From: Polyangia bacterium
GTDB taxonomy: Bacteria; Myxococcota_A; Polyangia; Fen-1088
Assembly: GCA_036494575.1 (NCBI GenBank)
Contig: DASXOE010000048.1
Span: 3,521 to 67,520, forward strand
DNA: 64,000 nt
Direction: 5' to 3'
Shown here: positions 62,975-64,000 of the stretch, one piece after another
Layout of the letters: each line of letters starts with the position of its first letter
How positions within the stretch are numbered: position 1 is the first letter of the stretch
Translations under genes and position numbers: made by a program
Notes under the pieces: generated by a model
Database searches by the model: none
Seen by the model: the letters and a program-made list of their open reading frames with translations, nothing else
What the model was told of the DNA's origin: nothing

Positions 62975-63490
62975 ATGAGCCAATCGACGGCAGCGGTCAA
63001 CGAGCCCTCAGGCCGGAAGGCTGGTCACTCTCCGAACGAAGGTCTGCCGGCCGCCAACGATGTTTTTCTATTTCGAAAGCTCTTCGCCTTGACGCTTCTG
63101 CAACGGGTTCAATTGGTGAAGGCCGGTGTTTCGGCGAGGTGGTTCGTCAAGGTCTCTGGTCGAGTGGCAATGCCAAAGGACAAGCTCTACAAGACCATTG
63201 GCGTTGCGAAGGCGACCATCACGCGAAAGTCTCACGACAATAGAAGGCTCGACCTAAACGAGAGCGAGCGTGCCATGGCCATAATGGTGTTGCTCGGTCA
63301 AGTCGAGTCGATGATTGCCGAGTCTGGTGCGGCCCAGGATTTTGATGCTGCGACTTGGACGGCCAATTGGCTGGACAGTCCGCAGCCAGGCCTTGGAGGA
63401 CGCCGTCCGGGCGACTTGATGGACACGGCTGACGGGCGCGCTTTGGTCTCTGACCTCTTGGCTCGGATGCAGTCGAGCGCGTATACGTAG
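62975..63490 (+). CDS. Xre-like antitoxin of a RES-Xre type II toxin-antitoxin pair (DUF2384/MbcA/ParS-like)
   Basis: The C-terminal 'ATWTANWLDSPQPGLGGRRPGDLMDTADGRALVSDLLARM' matches the toxin-binding DUF2384 signature (W...P...LGG..P..L). The gene lies 3 nt upstream of a RES gene. Confidence 0.8.
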   Translation: MSQSTAAVNEPSGRKAGHSPNEGLPAANDVFLFRKLFALTLLQRVQLVKAGVSARWFVKVSGRVAMPKDKLYKTIGVAKATITRKSHDNRRLDLNESERAMAIMVLLGQVESMIAESGAAQDFDAATWTANWLDSPQPGLGGRRPGDLMDTADGRALVSDLLARMQSSAYT

Positions 63491-63493
63491 CTC

Positions 63494-63967
63494 ATGGTGG
63501 CTGTCTGGCGCATCGCCACTGACACCCCGATGTATCTCGCCGACGACCTGTCCGGGCGTGGCGCCGAGACGACAGGAGGGCGTTGGAATCAGAAAGGAAC
63601 GCCAATGCTCTACGCGTCGTCTACGCGAGCGCTCGCCTGTCTTGAGACCTTGGTACATCTCGCCGGTAGCGATCCCTTGCCGCTGAATCGGTACCTCGTC
63701 GAGCTGGCGTTTTCAGAGGAGATTTGGAAGAAACGAACGATCCTCGACTCCGCGACGCATGTAGGTTGGGACGCCGAGCCCGCTGGGAAGATCTCCCTAG
63801 AATGGGGAGATGAATGGGCGCGTTCGAAGGTGAGCCTTTTGGCGGAGGTTCCGTCGGTCATCGTGCCCGAGGAGGCCAACATCCTCGTCAATCCGTCTCA
63901 TGCTGACATCTTCAAAATCAGCACCAAAAAACAGCGTCGATGGTCCTATGACATGCGCCTGGGATGA
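63494..63967 (+). CDS. RES-domain toxin (NAD+-targeting enzyme family)
   Basis: 'AVWRI......GRGAETTGGRWNQKGTPMLYASSTRALACLETLVH' has the conserved Arg, Glu and Ser in the usual order. The size (157 aa) and its position after the Xre antitoxin fit the family. Confidence 0.85.
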   Translation: MVAVWRIATDTPMYLADDLSGRGAETTGGRWNQKGTPMLYASSTRALACLETLVHLAGSDPLPLNRYLVELAFSEEIWKKRTILDSATHVGWDAEPAGKISLEWGDEWARSKVSLLAEVPSVIVPEEANILVNPSHADIFKISTKKQRRWSYDMRLG

Positions 63968-64000
63968 GGCCGAGGCCTGGACGGACCCATATCAGTGGGC

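Overview
This is a very GC-rich bacterial chromosomal segment. I recognised no rRNA, tRNA, CRISPR array, transposase or integrase. About 55 protein-coding genes can be supported. Many long Arg/Gly/Ala/Pro-rich ORFs in the supplied track run antisense or out of frame to recognisable genes and are the usual high-GC artefact.

The source is probably a member of Myxococcota (inference). The evidence is two MYXO-CTERM-like tails, several Hanks-type Ser/Thr kinases, PEGA-like and Cys-rich C-x-G-x-D-N/D-D-C-D/N-G repeats, and many lipoproteins with Gly/Ala-rich linkers.

Gene content in order:
- Kinase 3' end and a tandem FKBP isomerase.
- A PaoABCD-like periplasmic molybdo-flavo aldehyde oxidoreductase operon plus a MocA-like gene.
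- A MYXO-CTERM lectin/lyase-fold protein and a UbiA prenyltransferase.
- A minus-strand sugar-lactone-type cluster: porin, two SMP-30 lactonases, an orphan sugar-binding lipoprotein, an MFS transporter and a helical protein.
- Three secreted lipoproteins (FG-GAP, dihaem c-type, beta-propeller) and eda.
- A vWA/Cys-rich MYXO-CTERM giant protein plus a kinase.
- An ECF sigma / anti-sigma / secreted caspase cassette flanked by paralogous lipoproteins, plus PilZ.
- A HelD-like helicase, a CPBP protease, and miaB / arsR-methyltransferase / metH.
- A hybrid histidine kinase lacking its phospho-acceptor His, and a cupin.
- BI-1, a beta-carbonic anhydrase, a GH1 lipoprotein and maeB.
- A tandemly duplicated two-gene module (TPR-like membrane protein plus collagen-like WD40 lipoprotein), then glgB.
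- A lower-GC RES/Xre toxin-antitoxin pair.

Best candidates for an undescribed system:
1. The ECF/anti-sigma/caspase-beta-barrel/lipoprotein cassette (30843-36516), with its unusual 75-bp hairpin repeat.
2. The duplicated TPR/WD40 module (56102-60830).

All functional calls come from by-eye motif recognition. No database search was run.
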